Source: Eledone cirrhosa (Eukaryota). From it: a stretch of DNA of 64,000 bases. The notes under the pieces were generated by a model. That model was given only the letters and a program-made list of their open reading frames with translations. It was not told the origin of the DNA and ran no database searches. Made by a program: the position numbers and the translations under genes. The stretch lies in the NCBI GenBank assembly GCA_964016885.1, contig OZ024745.1:106020001-106084000 (forward strand). The letters are read 5' to 3'. Shown one piece after another: positions 44,588-59,153 of this stretch; the first letter of the stretch is position 1; each line of letters begins with the position of its first letter.

Positions 44588-46889
44588 AATAACCTTGAAT
44601 TGTATACACTATCTATACAAATATAAATGTTTCCCATATGTATAACGAAGATGTTAAATTCGAAGCATGTCTTCATAAAATGCAGGGAATCCTTTAAATT
44701 CATACTATATAGAAGTTTTGTCTTTATGTATTTTCCAGTTCAATAATACATATATTTTTTGTTCGATTTACTAAAACATATTTGTCTTCTCGAAACAGTC
44801 TTATCCACCACTTTTGGAAGGTAGTTAATGAATTTTACCACAAAATCATATTTACAGAAAAGCTATTCCAGTCTCGATCTTACACATGATTTTACGTGTT
44901 AAGTATTCACCTGTTTATGGTGATTATAGATGCTAGTTAGATGTTAATAAGCAGATGAACAATGTGCTGCGAAGAGTATAGAAGAGACATCTTCTTCTCG
45001 AAATGATGTTTCCTAGAAAGGTAAGTTCCTAGAAAGGTGAGTAATCTAGAAGATAATATATTCGATGAACTACTCGGCTTATAAATGTTACTAGATTAAA
45101 TATTTTTGATATTATTGGCTTCAAATATTCACCTCTTACCTTATCTCATTTAAACAACTGCACACTGTTTTGATTATAATTGACATAATTTTATTTGAAA
45201 GCAGTACAAATGTAGTATTTTATTGATAGAATAATTCCCGCAGCTAAAAGAAAATCCAAAGTATGTCGGCGTAATATACTTCGAATCATTTGAATATATA
45301 CAATATATATTATGCTCCTATTAATCAAATTACACAAAAAATACTTTTAAAACATATAAATCACTGATGTTTGTGTTATATGTTCTAGCTGTCGCATTTT
45401 CTCTATATCCAGCAATAATAGCTGGTTAGTGTATACACTTTACATGGTAGATTAAAATACATATATAAATATTATACACAGTAATGTCCAATATGATAAA
45501 ATACTTCGTCTCGATGTTTCATGTTTACGTTGAGAAACAGCTATCGTGAATAATATTTCAAATGAATTAACTGCTAATATATTCTAAGCCAAATATGTTT
45601 CGAGAATAATTTGAGAGCAACGTAATGGCGGGACTAATAAGTTGTTTTGCACACGGTATTTATCTTTTGTGGAGAAACAGATGCATGATTCTCATCCCAT
45701 AGTTGTAGCTGTTGTTTTTTTTCTGTTTTCGTTTTCTCATTTATATTGGTCCTTGTGATATCGAAGTGTACAACATTGTGCATTTATTTTCTGTAAAGAT
45801 TTTACCCAGGTGAAACAATTAAATGGAAGTGCTGCAACACATTCTCCAGCGACAACCTGTTGCAGTCTGTGTGACTAACTCAGGTTCTGCTACACTTCGG
45901 GCCTAGGAGGGTAAACTCTCCAAATATGGGTCGCTCTCCGGCAGGTTTGCAGTCGAGCCCGTAGCAGTTGAGACTTCTGGTGTCCGTGGCTTAAGGCCAC
46001 CTCACTACTCACCACCATCGGCACAGATTTGGCTACCCGCAGGTGTAAGCCTCGTAAGTTGGAATAGCTCTTTCAGTGCGTCTCCCTCACCGCCCTCCGT
46101 GGAAACACCTTCTCTATTCTGTCCGACGGGCCGCCGGGCGGTCAGTGCGTAGGCCCCCACTTTCTCATAATAGTGAGAGAGGGTGAGAGTGAGAGACACG
46201 GAGGCAATGGTAGCATGTGTTTAGTTTCTGTGTGTTCGGACCTGGTGAATATCTTTATGTTTCACGGACACACATACTGATGCAATTTATTTTAATAGTT
46301 AACCAGTAATATTCACATTGAAACAGCTTGCTGTACACGCTGACATTAAGCACTTAACCACTAATAAACTTCGGTAAGAAAACAATATCAGTCCTAGATT
46401 ACTCTAAGAATAAAGTCAAATTATACTCTGCATTATCTTCCATCCGTTAGCGCTAAAAGGAAAAATAAACTTAACTATTGACGAATATTATTCTTGTATG
46501 TTTTTGTTGTATTTTTGTTATAACAGTAGCTTCCATACAACGTGTTATCCGTATCCTACTGTGAGGGATGTTTAATGAAATTAAGAATTTATGGTGTACC
46601 TTATCTAACAGCCTTTATTTATTTTCATTTCACCCAATGTTGACGCACATAATCAGCGCATAAATGATTTTTCCTTTCGTGTACAATTAGTCGTATATAA
46701 TATATGCTGCGACGTTCTAGTTAGGTCAAAATATGTATATTGCTTTCACCATGTAGCGTTGACATTGACAAGGCCCGTTCACAGTTCATCGTTTGCATTG
46801 TACCCAAAACATTGGGATCAGCAGAGTCCATCCTGAAGGCAAGAAATAATATATAAATATATACGAACAAAGTCATATCAGTAGACCTT

Positions 46890-47122
46890 ATGTAGATTAT
46901 GGCCTGAAAAGGTGCAAGGAATGTGTTAGCATGGGAGGTCCCAAAAGACACAAGAGAACACACAGCCAGAACAAAGCAATTGAAATGTCTGGAGGAGCCT
47001 TCAGTTGCCATATATGTGGCAGAGGGTGCAAGTATTTGGCTAGTTTAAAGAGCCACATTCGTGCCTCACATTTTTTAGCATTTTATCAGGCGATGGCAAT
47101 GCTCGAACACGAGTGTGTAGCC

Positions 47123-47126
<4 letters not shown>
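46890..47126 (+). mobile_element. 3' end of a LINE with C-terminal CCHH zinc finger
   Basis: FSCHICGRGCKYLASLKSHIRASH followed by a short 3' UTR and (TA)n. Isolated, with no linker or second finger. Confidence 0.6.
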
Positions 47127-47194
<68 letters not shown>

Positions 47195-50100
47195 GTGTGT
47201 GTGTATGTGTGCATGTATATATGTCTGTATGTATGTAACTACATATATACTGGAACCCGCTTCGCTCTTGTATTTCGTTAGTGAGCCGTTACGAAAGTTG
47301 GTGAATCTGTTGCACTTGACAAAAGTAAAACAATCAACCATACCTTGCATACAAATTTGTCACACAATTTCATGCTTGTGCGCTTCAGCTCTCTCTTGTC
47401 TGTTCGATCGGAATATCCCTGTCAGATCATGTCATCGCAACCTATATTAATATGTTTCTCTCTAATACATCTTTTCTAAAAATGTTATATATACATCCTA
47501 AACCACCTCACTAATGTATTAAAACCTATAGTTTACATATGTAATATTTCCCCACTGTTTCTCTCATTGCTACGTCAATGGCCTCTGCTCATTTGTTATT
47601 GTTTAGGGTAGGTTATACCTGCCCATGTAGAACTTTGATCAAAGGCATAGCCAAAATTAATTTCACCTGTCTGGGGAACCTGTAAATTACGTGGTGGATT
47701 TTTCTACCTTTTCGTGTCTACCTTATAAAACTATTAATAATATTATGATCCAGTATGGCCATATAACAATAATCTAATTGAAAACAATAAAATATGTATG
47801 ATTTCGTGCTACTTTATTTTATGTATACGTAACGAATTTAGCATTCCCATTTACACGATGTGATGCCCCAGCCTGGCCACAAACCAATGACTAAAATAAA
47901 ATGATATTAGTAAAATAATGTGTATGAAATGTTATTATTTTAATGTATATATACATAATTTATTGTTAACAATACATATGTATATATGTGCTATGCTTTG
48001 TTAAATGTAACTTTCCTTACCATCTTTCAATAAAAAATAAAATAATCATTAGAAGCAACAACCTAAAAATATACAGAAATTGTAAATAGGAACCCTTATA
48101 AACATCGTGCATCAAATAAGGACAACGAACAGGTGATATTTCATGTTCATTTTAATTGGATTTATTTACAATGCTTTCTTCACATTCCTCTCTCACAAAC
48201 TAGATTAATGCGAGTAAATCAATACCTGTATGTAGGTATATGAGTGTATATGTATGTGTTTATATGTATGTATCTATATGAGTGTATATGTACGTGCTTA
48301 TATGTATTTTATGTCTATTGTGTACAGATGTATGCCTTTAGGTAGATATTCAACTTAACGTTATTTATGTATATTTGTGTGTGTGTGAGAGTATCCATGT
48401 ATATAATCACGTGTAGATGGTGGAGGGTTTCTTATAAATTATAAATATAAAGCATTTTTTTAATGTGTGCAAATCTCTTTAAACTCATGTGCGCACAACT
48501 ATCGACACACACTCGACATACACGCGCACACACATCTATGTTATGTGAACATATACATATGAGCGTGAATGTGTGTGTATGTGTGTGTGTGTACATTGTT
48601 GAAATATATTTAATTTCTTAGGAAACATTTAAGCAAGCATTAGTCGAAAACAAAGTGAAAATGATGTGTAAACATGATTCTAGAACACGTTTTCTTTTTC
48701 TGTGCAAGCAAGCAAGTTTATGTCTCAACAGAAATTCAAATGGAAAACGTTTAGAAAAGCTTACTGATCTCGGCATTTTATTGATACCTTGAATGTATCA
48801 AATCTTATATAAATATCCATACATAAAATGTTTTTCGTGTACAAACGACAAAAGACCTTTACTACTAGATGTCGAATTTATGAGGATTTTCGACCGTTAT
48901 TATTGCGAGTTTTGCTTTAGCATACACACATATATTCCAGGTATGTGAATATCATCACGAGATTTGTGCATTGCAAGATGTTCACAAGTTTGAAAATTCG
49001 GCTGTTGACAAAGGAAATATAGTTGAATTAACAGTGCAAATCAAAGTAATAGAGAGATGACACTATGTAGGCAATCGAATTATAAGATATATTCAAGACT
49101 TGAAGGACAATTAATGAAAGCTGTACAGGAGGGTTTATACAGAAGACACGTTATATATATAGTATCCGGATCTGTCCAACCAGAATTAAAGCGCTCGGAA
49201 AATGTAAGATGTATATCCTCTAAATAACTTACAAATTAATACTTCAAAAATACAGAAATACTTTCGATGTAAACTGATATCTCAAAGTGCTACCAAATAT
49301 CTATACATTTTCGAACAATACAATAAAATAACTATAGAAGGAACTGAGACGTAGACTAGTAAATCCACCAGAACGTCAGCTTGCGTTAGGGATACAATTA
49401 GAATTGTTCTCTATCTCTGCTGCAATAAGGAGCATCAGAAAATTATATGTTGGATTCAGTAATATTTCCGATAGAAATATATTCCAATTTATTCTGTTTG
49501 ATATTCTGCTTACCAATTTTCAAGGACATCAGTATCCATACCTTTGAATTCTCAATGATTTGTTTCGATTTTGATAGATTGAAATTATCATTCACACCCT
49601 AAGTCCATTGCTTAACGACAAAGAATTTGCAGGGCTGAATATTATTCGTGATCTGTTTTAAGGTATGTTTGAAGTGACCTATTTTAATTAATTTCAAATC
49701 TAGTTTGGAAGACATTGCATGGCAACTTCAATCCCATGAACTTATACAGCAGCAATATATCTTCTGCAATCGAATATGTTAGGCATCCAATACAGTTCAT
49801 GTATACGGATATATTGGCTTACGGCGTCAGAACAAGAGGACGTATAACACCTTACGTCAATATCGGAATGCGCTACAGAATCGTCAAAAGCTTGAACTTA
49901 AACCATACATCGATCTACGAACACACATCGATCTACGAACACATCGATCTACGAACACACATAACTATCGTTATGTTGGTATGTATAGTTGGCCTTTCTG
50001 AGATATCTGTGTGTATATATAATTTTAATCCGTTCATGTCTTGCGTCTTTGCAAGTTAATCCATTCGGGAGAATCCTACCCTAGATTGGATGGATATGTA

Positions 50101-51507
50101 GTATACGTTTTGTTTTGCTTTTGTAAGTAGAAACCAAACAATCCAGACTGTGCTCGGCTAGCGAATACAGATTACAAGACTAGTGATGGAGCCTCTAAGA
50201 TGATACAATAACTGATAAGGAGGAGCTAACATTATCCACTCTAGGACAGTACTGTATCTGACAACACAGCTAGAATGATTGCTTCTAATACTATACGATA
50301 GTTGTAATATAGTATACATCTAAAGTGATTGTCATTAAGAAAAACTATCAAAACATGAGTGAATACTATTAAGGAGGTGATATCATATAACTAAAACGTT
50401 TCCTTCAGAACCTACATAAGGCCGAATTGATTGTTTTACAAGAGCAACACCAATCTGGTATGATTGAATTTCAACAATCATTGCAAGCTCAACGTCATTG
50501 CTCTTCAAACGAAACAAAAAACCAGAGCAATAGCAATTCAAAAGCTATACAAGACCAAAGTAATTGCTTCTCAAAAGCAACGAGTCCTATATAATTACTC
50601 TTCAAAGGCACCATAGAGCCAGAGTGTTGTATTCTCCTAGTCAAAACGCAGTCGAGGTATTTGCCTCGCTAAGGTAAAACCCTAACGCCAAATACAAACC
50701 GACGTGCATGTCTCAATCGTTAAATCTACTTATAATACACACAACTACAATAGTTACCTTTCTGATAATTCAGCGAGGGACAGCACACAATCATTACTAG
50801 TCACTTCACGACACACTACTAAAATGATTACCGTAAAATCAATAGAGCAAATGACAATACACACCGGGAAGAAATTGCTTTTTTAGCTGATATTCAGCAT
50901 AACATCAGACAATCTACAATCTGAGTCATTTATATAACTGAACTAGAAATATTAGTACTAAACTAATATCCACAGGGATGTATTCAACAAACTATGATCG
51001 GGCATATTCCTTCGAATCTGTTACAAAATATCTTTCAGTTGCTGTCTGATTATATTTTCGAAAAGATTTCTTATTACCCAATCATTCATGCCTATCTTCC
51101 AATCTGCTCAGATATCATATGAAAAAATTGCAAAAATGAATGAAATTTGCTAACAACCAATGTCCCCAAGATGCACTTATGCGCAATTAAACACGCATAC
51201 ATATTTGCTCGTATACATCAAATGCATACACGTACATCGATTTCTATATGTAAAACAACTATTCGCATTATATCAACATGCATAATACACATATACCCAA
51301 AACAGAGAAACATATACATTAAAAACATACTCATATGTAAATTATAAGATTTCATCTCCACATGAAGTTACAAATAACCTACTAGATATACGCGGACATA
51401 CGGATACACAGACACAGAGATCGTACAATTACTCTCATTAATTTACATAACATATACATACATCTACATTGAATACGCATAGATATACACACACCTATGT
51501 AAATAAT

Positions 51508-51685
51508 TGTTTCTACTGTTGGCACAAGGCCAGCAATTACCCAGTGCATTACTGGTACTTTATTTTATCGACCCCGTAAGGATAAAAGGCAAAGTTAACC
51601 TCGGCGGGATTTGAACTCAGAATGGCAAGGGCCGTAACTATATGCGTCAAAGCATGGCGTCCGACCCTCTACCGATACTGCCAAT
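51508..51685 (-). mobile_element. SINE family A with 14-bp TSD
   Basis: CCTATGTAAATAAT at 51494-51507 and 51686-51699. Confidence 0.9.
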
Positions 51686-52845
51686 CCTATGTAAATAATA
51701 TTGTCTATACTCGTCCTATGTATTTGTAGACATAGAAATTAATTAAAATTAATTTAAAACCGAGAATAAATATGCCTGCGCAGGTATGCGTGCCGGTGTG
51801 TTGTCTGTGTGTCAATGATTCTCTTTTTCTTAACATGTATATTTTGATAGGTCACTTGCTCAGTGCTAAAGGAAGGGATCTTTCTGTCGACTTTTGTGCC
51901 ACCGTTTCAAGAGGCTGAGAGTTGAATATATTGTGACCATCTGTAGCGATTGGATTGTGGAACTACATTCTTTCTTCTAGAATTAAAATCCAATCACACA
52001 TGGCTCCATTCCATATTATCCTCGTACAATACCTGGATAGTATAACTGAATTAACATCACCAGCAACGAAACATCACCAGCAACCATCATTCTAAATTCG
52101 CGAGCATGAAAATAATAATACTATTAGGATAATCCATGAACACGAAGAAAGACATAAAATAAGAGCTGACCAAGAATGTAGGCTACGGAAGACAGCCCAC
52201 ATAAAACTCCTGGTATGGAGTTCCGACATGTTCATAACAATTAACGTTAAAAGTTATCTCCATGCAATGAAAAGGCAAGACATTTTCGCTGAGTGCCTAC
52301 TACACAAAGACGAAAAGGTCACTATCTGTCAAGAAATGTAGGTTATGCAGGACAAAGACCAATGATGTTAGTTAAATTCTTGCCAATGTATCGCCTTCTC
52401 ATGAGATCTGGTATGGTAGCCAAATCAATATTGAATAGACCGATGTATACAAAAGTAACACAAAGAACTTCAAAAGAGTATTATTTGAATCTGAATATTA
52501 AAAGCTCCACCAAACAAAACCACAACTGGGCCGATATTGCTGTTTCAGACTACAGAACATAAACATGCTCTGATGTTTAAATCAACTGCCTACTTGATAT
52601 CAATATATATATATATATAAATATATATACATCGTTTCTGAATTTGTTTAGCAAGATTTTTTATCTGAAAACATGTGTTGAAACCGATATTGTTATGCTT
52701 TGGGAGGGTCATGTTGCCAATAAGAAACACACGCACCAGTGTTTTCACGTCAATTTATTATAAATTAAATTTATAAATTTAAGAATTTATAAATTTCCGG
52801 TTGGTTGGTTGGTTGGTTCCACAACCAGACTATTGTTCATATAGT

Positions 52846-52888
52846 GTCAAAGTTCTTTCGTCACACATTATGTGACCTCTTCAGTGAC
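52846..52888 (-). ncRNA. Minimal hammerhead in the pLTR
   Basis: GTCA-CTGAAGA-g-GTCACA-taatg-TGTGAC-GAAAG-aa-CTT-TGAC. Confidence 0.8.
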
Positions 52889-53087
52889 TCGAGATTATTT
52901 TCTTTGTTTTTGTGTCTCTCCTTTGTTCTGTCCTACACCATCTTGTTTTAGTGTGTGTTATGTGTTTAGTTTGCGCATGTGTTACATCCCGGAGTCTGTG
53001 TATGTTTATATTTGTTTATTTATTTGTTTATTTACATGTTACTGGTTTGTTGTTTGTTCTATGTGTGTGTGTGTTTTCATTTTGTCC

Positions 53088-54850
53088 TTAATTGTGGGTT
53101 GTGATGTTGCTATTCCATTCATGTCTTCTATTTAATTTTGGTTGGAGTTCATTTATGTTTATTGCCTCTGTGATTTGGCTAAACATTGCGTCTTTTCTGT
53201 GTGTAGATTCGATTTTTATTTCTATGTTCTCTAATTTACCCTTATGTTCTATTTTAGCATGTTGGTGGAGTATAGATGATTCTTTACTATCTCGAAGCTC
53301 TCGCCAGAGTTCATTTATCCGTTATCCTATACTACGAGCTGTCTCAATTATGTACACTATATTCTTATCTCTACATTGTCCTTCAGTACATCATATGCTA
53401 TATACTACATTTCTAGTTTTACAGTTAATATGGGGGTTTAGTTTACAGATTATACATTTCTTATCTATACAGGAGGTCTTTGAGAAGGATATGTATTGCT
53501 AATAAGTGTTTTTATGGAGGTACCTGGTCTTTCTACTATCTTAATATTAAGTTTATGTGTATCTAGGGCCCTTCTAAATTTATAAGCTAATTCACCTCTA
53601 GGGGTTGTATTGATGAACATTACACTCTGGTATTTATTGCTATCATACCATGAGTTTATTCTATTAACCTTATTCATAGTTCTTTCTATTCTATTCCAAC
53701 ATTTACTCCTGTACAAGGGGCAGGTCCCATTTGTATCATTATTTACCATTTTTCCCCATTTCGTTCTGGCTCCTTTATATACTCTGATTTTATCTCTCTG
53801 ATTGTAACCAGAGACCTGCATACGGTGGATGAAGTGTTGTACGTGTCTCTCTAGTTCTTTGGGGTTGCACATGCGGGACACGTTTCTCATCACCCGTACC
53901 AAATCCGCAATCAGTGTGTTGATTTTGGTGTGGTCTGAAACAGCTGAGCTTCGGTGGATCAGATATTTGGAAGTCTTGGGTTTGGTATAATGGAAATGGG
54001 GGATTTGTATTCTGTTATAATGGTTTCTAACCAGAGCTCTGTGTCTAGTACAGGTAATCGATGTTTGGGGTGTTTGCTTGGGTAGTCTATAGTAACTCTA
54101 ATACTCTGGTGGATGGAGTTAGGTATTTGCTGGATGCTTTCCATGATGTTTTTCTCTAATTCCTGACTGTTCTCTAGTGGGGGTGTTTTTACTACGATGT
54201 TTATATCATCAACGTAGCGGGAGTACATTATCAGGGTTAAGAGGTTGCTGTCTTCTAATTGTTCTTTAAGTTTAAGTTTAAGTCTATTGTCCCACCATAC
54301 CATGAATAGGTTAGCTATATCACCTGCAATGCTAACTCCAATGGCTGCTCCCTCCTCTTGGGCATATGTTTTTCCATTAAATTTGAACATATGTTCCTTA
54401 AGGGTTAATTTTATACGGGCCCCCACCGCATGTGCAATCATTTTCTTTAGTTCATCGTAGTTTTTGGGGGTCCGTATGGCTTTGGTCCACCCGTTCCATC
54501 TATCTGTGTGGGTTTTCTTGGCCATTGAGGTAATGGTAGGTGGTCTGCCTCTTGCTGGTCTTGTAGGGCACAGGTTGCTAAGGTCATATGTATCTAGATA
54601 ATCATTACTATAGTTAAGTTTAAGTAGGAGTCCCAGCTCACTGGTATCAATCCCACGGAATTCAACATTGCTCTCCCTGATCATTTCTACGCATTTCTCC
54701 ACAGCAAAATCCACGTCAATGGATGGATATAGGGACACAACATCCATACTTCCTATTATACAGTTTGTTAGATCCCTAGATCGGTTGATTTCGCTGATTC
54801 TGCTGAGGAGGTCCTCCATGCTGTCACGTATATCTGGGACATTTCAATGA
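53088..54850 (-). pseudogene. PLE RT plus GIY-YIG endonuclease, frameshifted
   Basis: RT motifs SMDVVSLYPSI, QEEGAAIG, SRYVDD, LPVLD. After frameshifts: SCIDKKCIIC..NCKTRNVVYSI*CTEGQC..VYIIETARSIG*RINE..EAININELQPKLNRRHEW, stop at 53088-53090. Confidence 0.92.
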
Positions 54851-55271
54851 TGGGGCGTATGATCAGGGAGAGGAAGTAGGAAAGTCTGTAGTTACTAGCA
54901 ATGTTAGCTTCACAGACGTTGGTGGTCCTGTGACAGGGTCACTGCTCGTTTTATGGTCTTTTCGATGCCCATACAATGCTGGCACGTCATTGTTCCAGGC
55001 CTGGAAGTTCTTGGTAGACCAAAATTAAATAGAAAACATGAATGGAATAGCAACATCACAACTTACAATTAAGGACAAAATGAAAACACACCCACACATA
55101 GAACAAACAACTAACCAGTAACATGTAAATAAACAAATAAATAAACAATTATAAACACACACATACACCCGGAGGTAACACATGCGCAAACTAATCACAC
55201 AACACACACAAAAACAAGATGGCGTAGGATAGAACAAAGGAGAAGCACAACAACAAGGAAAAGAATCCCCG

Positions 55272-55314
55272 GTTACTGAAGAGGTCACATAATGTGTGAC
55301 GAAAGAACTTTGAC
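55272..55314 (+). ncRNA. Minimal hammerhead in the inverted pLTR
   Basis: GTTA-CTGAAGA-g-GTCACA-taatg-TGTGAC-GAAAG-aa-CTT-TGAC. Confidence 0.8.
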
Positions 55315-55467
55315 AATATATGAACAATCGTCTGGCTGTGGAACCAACCAACCAACCGGAAATTTATAAATTTAATTTATAATGAATTGAAGTGAAAGCA
55401 ACTGGTGTGTGTGTTTCTTATTGGCAACATGGCCCTCCCATAGCATAACAATATATATATATATATA

Positions 55468-55832
55468 TATTAAAATAACAGATTAACGTTTATGCAAAGA
55501 ATCGCTGCTTTCACCTTTAACGGGATCTTCTGAAACTAAAACAGTCAATATGTGAACGCAGAAGTAAATATTTCAAAAAACGTTGCAACCGAAGGAAGAC
55601 AGGAAGACGATACTTTGGTTTGTGGAAACGTTCCCTTGCAAAGAACGGAAAGAAACATTTACTGCGTTCACAGATTGACTTTTTAGTTCCAGAAGATCCC
55701 GTTAAGGGTGAAAGCAGCGATTCCTGGCTTAAATTTAATCTGTTATTTTAATAAATATTTGCTCTACGGTTCTTATATCTCTGATATATATTTATCCTTA
55801 TCGAGCCCTCTTTGGATTCTAGTTTTCAAATG
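55468..55832. mobile_element. Fold-back cassette with ~95-nt spacer and tail
   Basis: Imperfect inverted arms about 55468-55570 and 55667-55752, tail to 55832, (TA)n flanks. Confidence 0.75.
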
Positions 55833-55884
<52 letters not shown>

Positions 55885-56697
55885 ATATATATGTGTGTGT
55901 GCGTGTGTGTGTGCATGGGATCCTACTCGTATATATATATATATATATATGAGTGGGATATTATGAGCCACCAGTAAGACGTTTTTAAATCTATTACAAA
56001 TAATATACCTGCAAGTAAAGCACGAGTGTTTAGAAAAAGGTAAGCTTGATTTGCGAATTGAATTAGACTTCACCGTAACTTTGACTAAGTAAAATAGTCT
56101 TATAATAAGTTATAAGACCACAGAAGATGAAAAGATGGACTTGAGTGCATATAGCAGTCCACCCTACACATCTTGTTTACTGGAAACGTGCGATTCCATT
56201 TACACCAATGCATCGACCCATATGCTTCCGTTAATTTAGAAGTCATAACTTAATAGCGATAGGTAAAGAAAGAATGCATATGTGTTTAGAAAGGGGGAAC
56301 AAAATAAAAAAAATGAATCGAAAACATTTGCCATAACCTTGAATAAATAAAAATTGAATCCTCGACTGTTGAACCTCAATTCTACCTTCACTACTCTACC
56401 ATCATAAAGAACTTCATAAAAAAAAAACATTATACGAAAAGAGATTTTGAAAGAAAATCCACAGAATATGAGAAAAGGCATTTTAAATATTTGAAACTGG
56501 TAATATTTGACAAGACTTAAATTCATTTAATATAGTAACTATAAAAATATTTATTCTGTCTGGTTAAAGAAAAGATAACCTTTAAATAAACTCATGTGGC
56601 TTTCCACTTTTAACCCACTCTCTCTATCTCTCTCTCTCACTCACTCTCTCTCTCTCTCTCCCCCTCTCTTTCTCTCTCTCTTTTCCCTCTCTCTCTC

Positions 56698-56747
<50 letters not shown>

Positions 56748-56749
<2 letters not shown>

Positions 56750-57303
56750 TGTATAGTGGAAGCTATGTTGCTTCTGTAGGCGGTATTCCAAAATTAGCAC
56801 TCGATATTCATCAGAGTAGAGTGTAGATATTATCAAGAAAATGAAAAATCAGTGATGCATCTGGATTGAGTTTATTTCGTGTTACAAATGTTTCGCCGGC
56901 ATGTAGCTCGAGTCATGGTCCTTGTATGGATCTGGCTGATTCTACTTCTGCGGGTTCTTTCAGACACGGGTGTTATGTCCGGAGCAAATTTTATCACTGG
57001 GGTGTTGTCATCAAAACAACCCATCAAAAAACCTTCTGTCCACTCTTGTCATGTCATTGGCTGTTTTTACTCCGCGTCATCACAAGGTCTGGTCAGTATC
57101 TGCTGCCACAGGGTTCATCAACCATTTCCCGTCCGACATATTTCAATGGTGTCATGCTGGGTTCAGTACTTCACACGTCTGCTCACACTTCAGAGTAAGC
57201 ACACACACATACTAATGACTCGAGCTACATGCCGGCGAAACATTTGTAACACGAAATAAACTAAGTCCAGATACATCACTGATTTTTCGTTTTCTTGATA
57301 ATA
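56748..57303. mobile_element. Fold-back cassette with ~300-nt spacer and tail
   Basis: Arms about 56827-56916 and 57215-57303, tail 56748-56826, (TA)n flanks. Confidence 0.8.
56878..56968 (-). ncRNA. Hammerhead-like motif with 1-nt core insertion
   Basis: CGTGT-CTGAAAGA-a-CCcGCA...TGCcGG-c-GAAAC-attt-GTA-ACACG. Confidence 0.55.
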
Positions 57304-57616
57304 TATATATAGAGAATGTAGAGAAGTGACACATGAGTTGATATATAATAGTAAAAAAGAAAAAAAACAGTAGAAATGCTAAAGAGATTCTCATAGAATA
57401 ACCGCAAGACATTTATTTACAAAAAAGGAATATCCGTATTTTTTTTTTCGCACCGGTTGCAGCCCATTGGCTTCTTCATACGATAGAAGTGTATCATGAA
57501 ATATGGAATATGGAAAAAAAGTAACATGTTTTACATAAATATATATATAGACAAGTTCACATTTTTGTTTATCTTTTTCTGTCTTTCGCTCCTGGTATTG
57601 GTCATAACTGTGTCAC

Positions 57617-57656
<40 letters not shown>

Positions 57657-57802
57657 TATATATATGTATATACACATATCTCTCTCTCTCTCTGTCTCTG
57701 CCTCTCTCTGTCTCTCTCTCTGTCTCAGTCTCTCTCTCTCTTTCTGTATATATATATATATATATATATAGTAATAATAATAAATTTGAAGACTACAATC
57801 AA

Positions 57803-58295
<493 letters not shown>

Positions 58296-58456
58296 ATATA
58301 TATATATACAAGCAAATTATAAATGTAAACATGTAAGTATGTTTTTGAAACGGTAACACTCATCTTTTTCCATTTCTCCGAGGGTTATAAACCCCACTAT
58401 CATGCTAGAAATTTCGTTAGTCTAAAATACGGTGAAAGCTTATATTTTATCATTTC

Positions 58457-58506
<50 letters not shown>

Positions 58507-59044
58507 AATACAGGAGGCTGGACTAGTGTAATTCCTTAAAGGGTTTATTATACTATGATCAATTCAATGACCGGGTTCAGTATGAATCAGGTGACATCAA
58601 CAGGTATTAAAGAGGTATTCAACAGGTATCAACAGGAATATAATAGAAAAAAATCATGGGGCTGAAAAATCAGAGAAATGAGGGCGACCGAACATTTAGC
58701 GTCTTCTACCCCGGTCGGCCGCCCTCATATATATATACATGCAAGTAATTTCACAAGTAAAGAATAAAAGCGAAGACTTTCCTTCTTTGTTTTCTGCATA
58801 AATACAAAAGCGTGTAATTGTACACAGAGTCACAGATGTATAAGTATAAACAACTTTGCAGCTTCCTCCTTTCATGCAACATATCGTAAATCTTTAAACA
58901 TAACTTCATCTTTAAGTACCATGTAATATTTCATAATATCAAGTCAAACTGAAATAACATAATTATTTTCGTACGAAGGTGTGATAATGTAATGATAATA
59001 ATATTGATTTTAGATTTCGATATGAATATTTTGTTTTCGTTTTT

Positions 59045-59153
59045 AATAATTGTTTCTACTTTAGGCACAAGGCCAGCAAATATTCAGTGCATTACTGGTA
59101 CTTTATTTTATCGACCCCGTAAGGATGAAAGGCAAAGTCAACCTCGGCAAGAT
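59045..59153 (-). mobile_element. SINE family A, 5'-truncated
   Basis: Tail and central domain only. Confidence 0.85.

Larger units (their letters stand above)
52630..55451 (-). mobile_element. Penelope-like retroelement, 5'-truncated, with inverted pLTR
   Basis: Minus-strand body 55017-52688, unique tail 52630-52687, inverted 3'-end copy 55018-55451, (TA)n at both ends. Confidence 0.92.

Noticed and set aside
46990-47075. Host C2H2 zinc-finger gene
   Set aside because: A single finger with no TGEKP linker or splice context, ending in a LINE-like tail.
53385-53400. In-frame TGA next to Cys in the GIY-YIG domain as possible selenocysteine
   Set aside because: It occupies a variable non-Cys position and the ORF has other stops and frameshifts, so ordinary decay is more likely.
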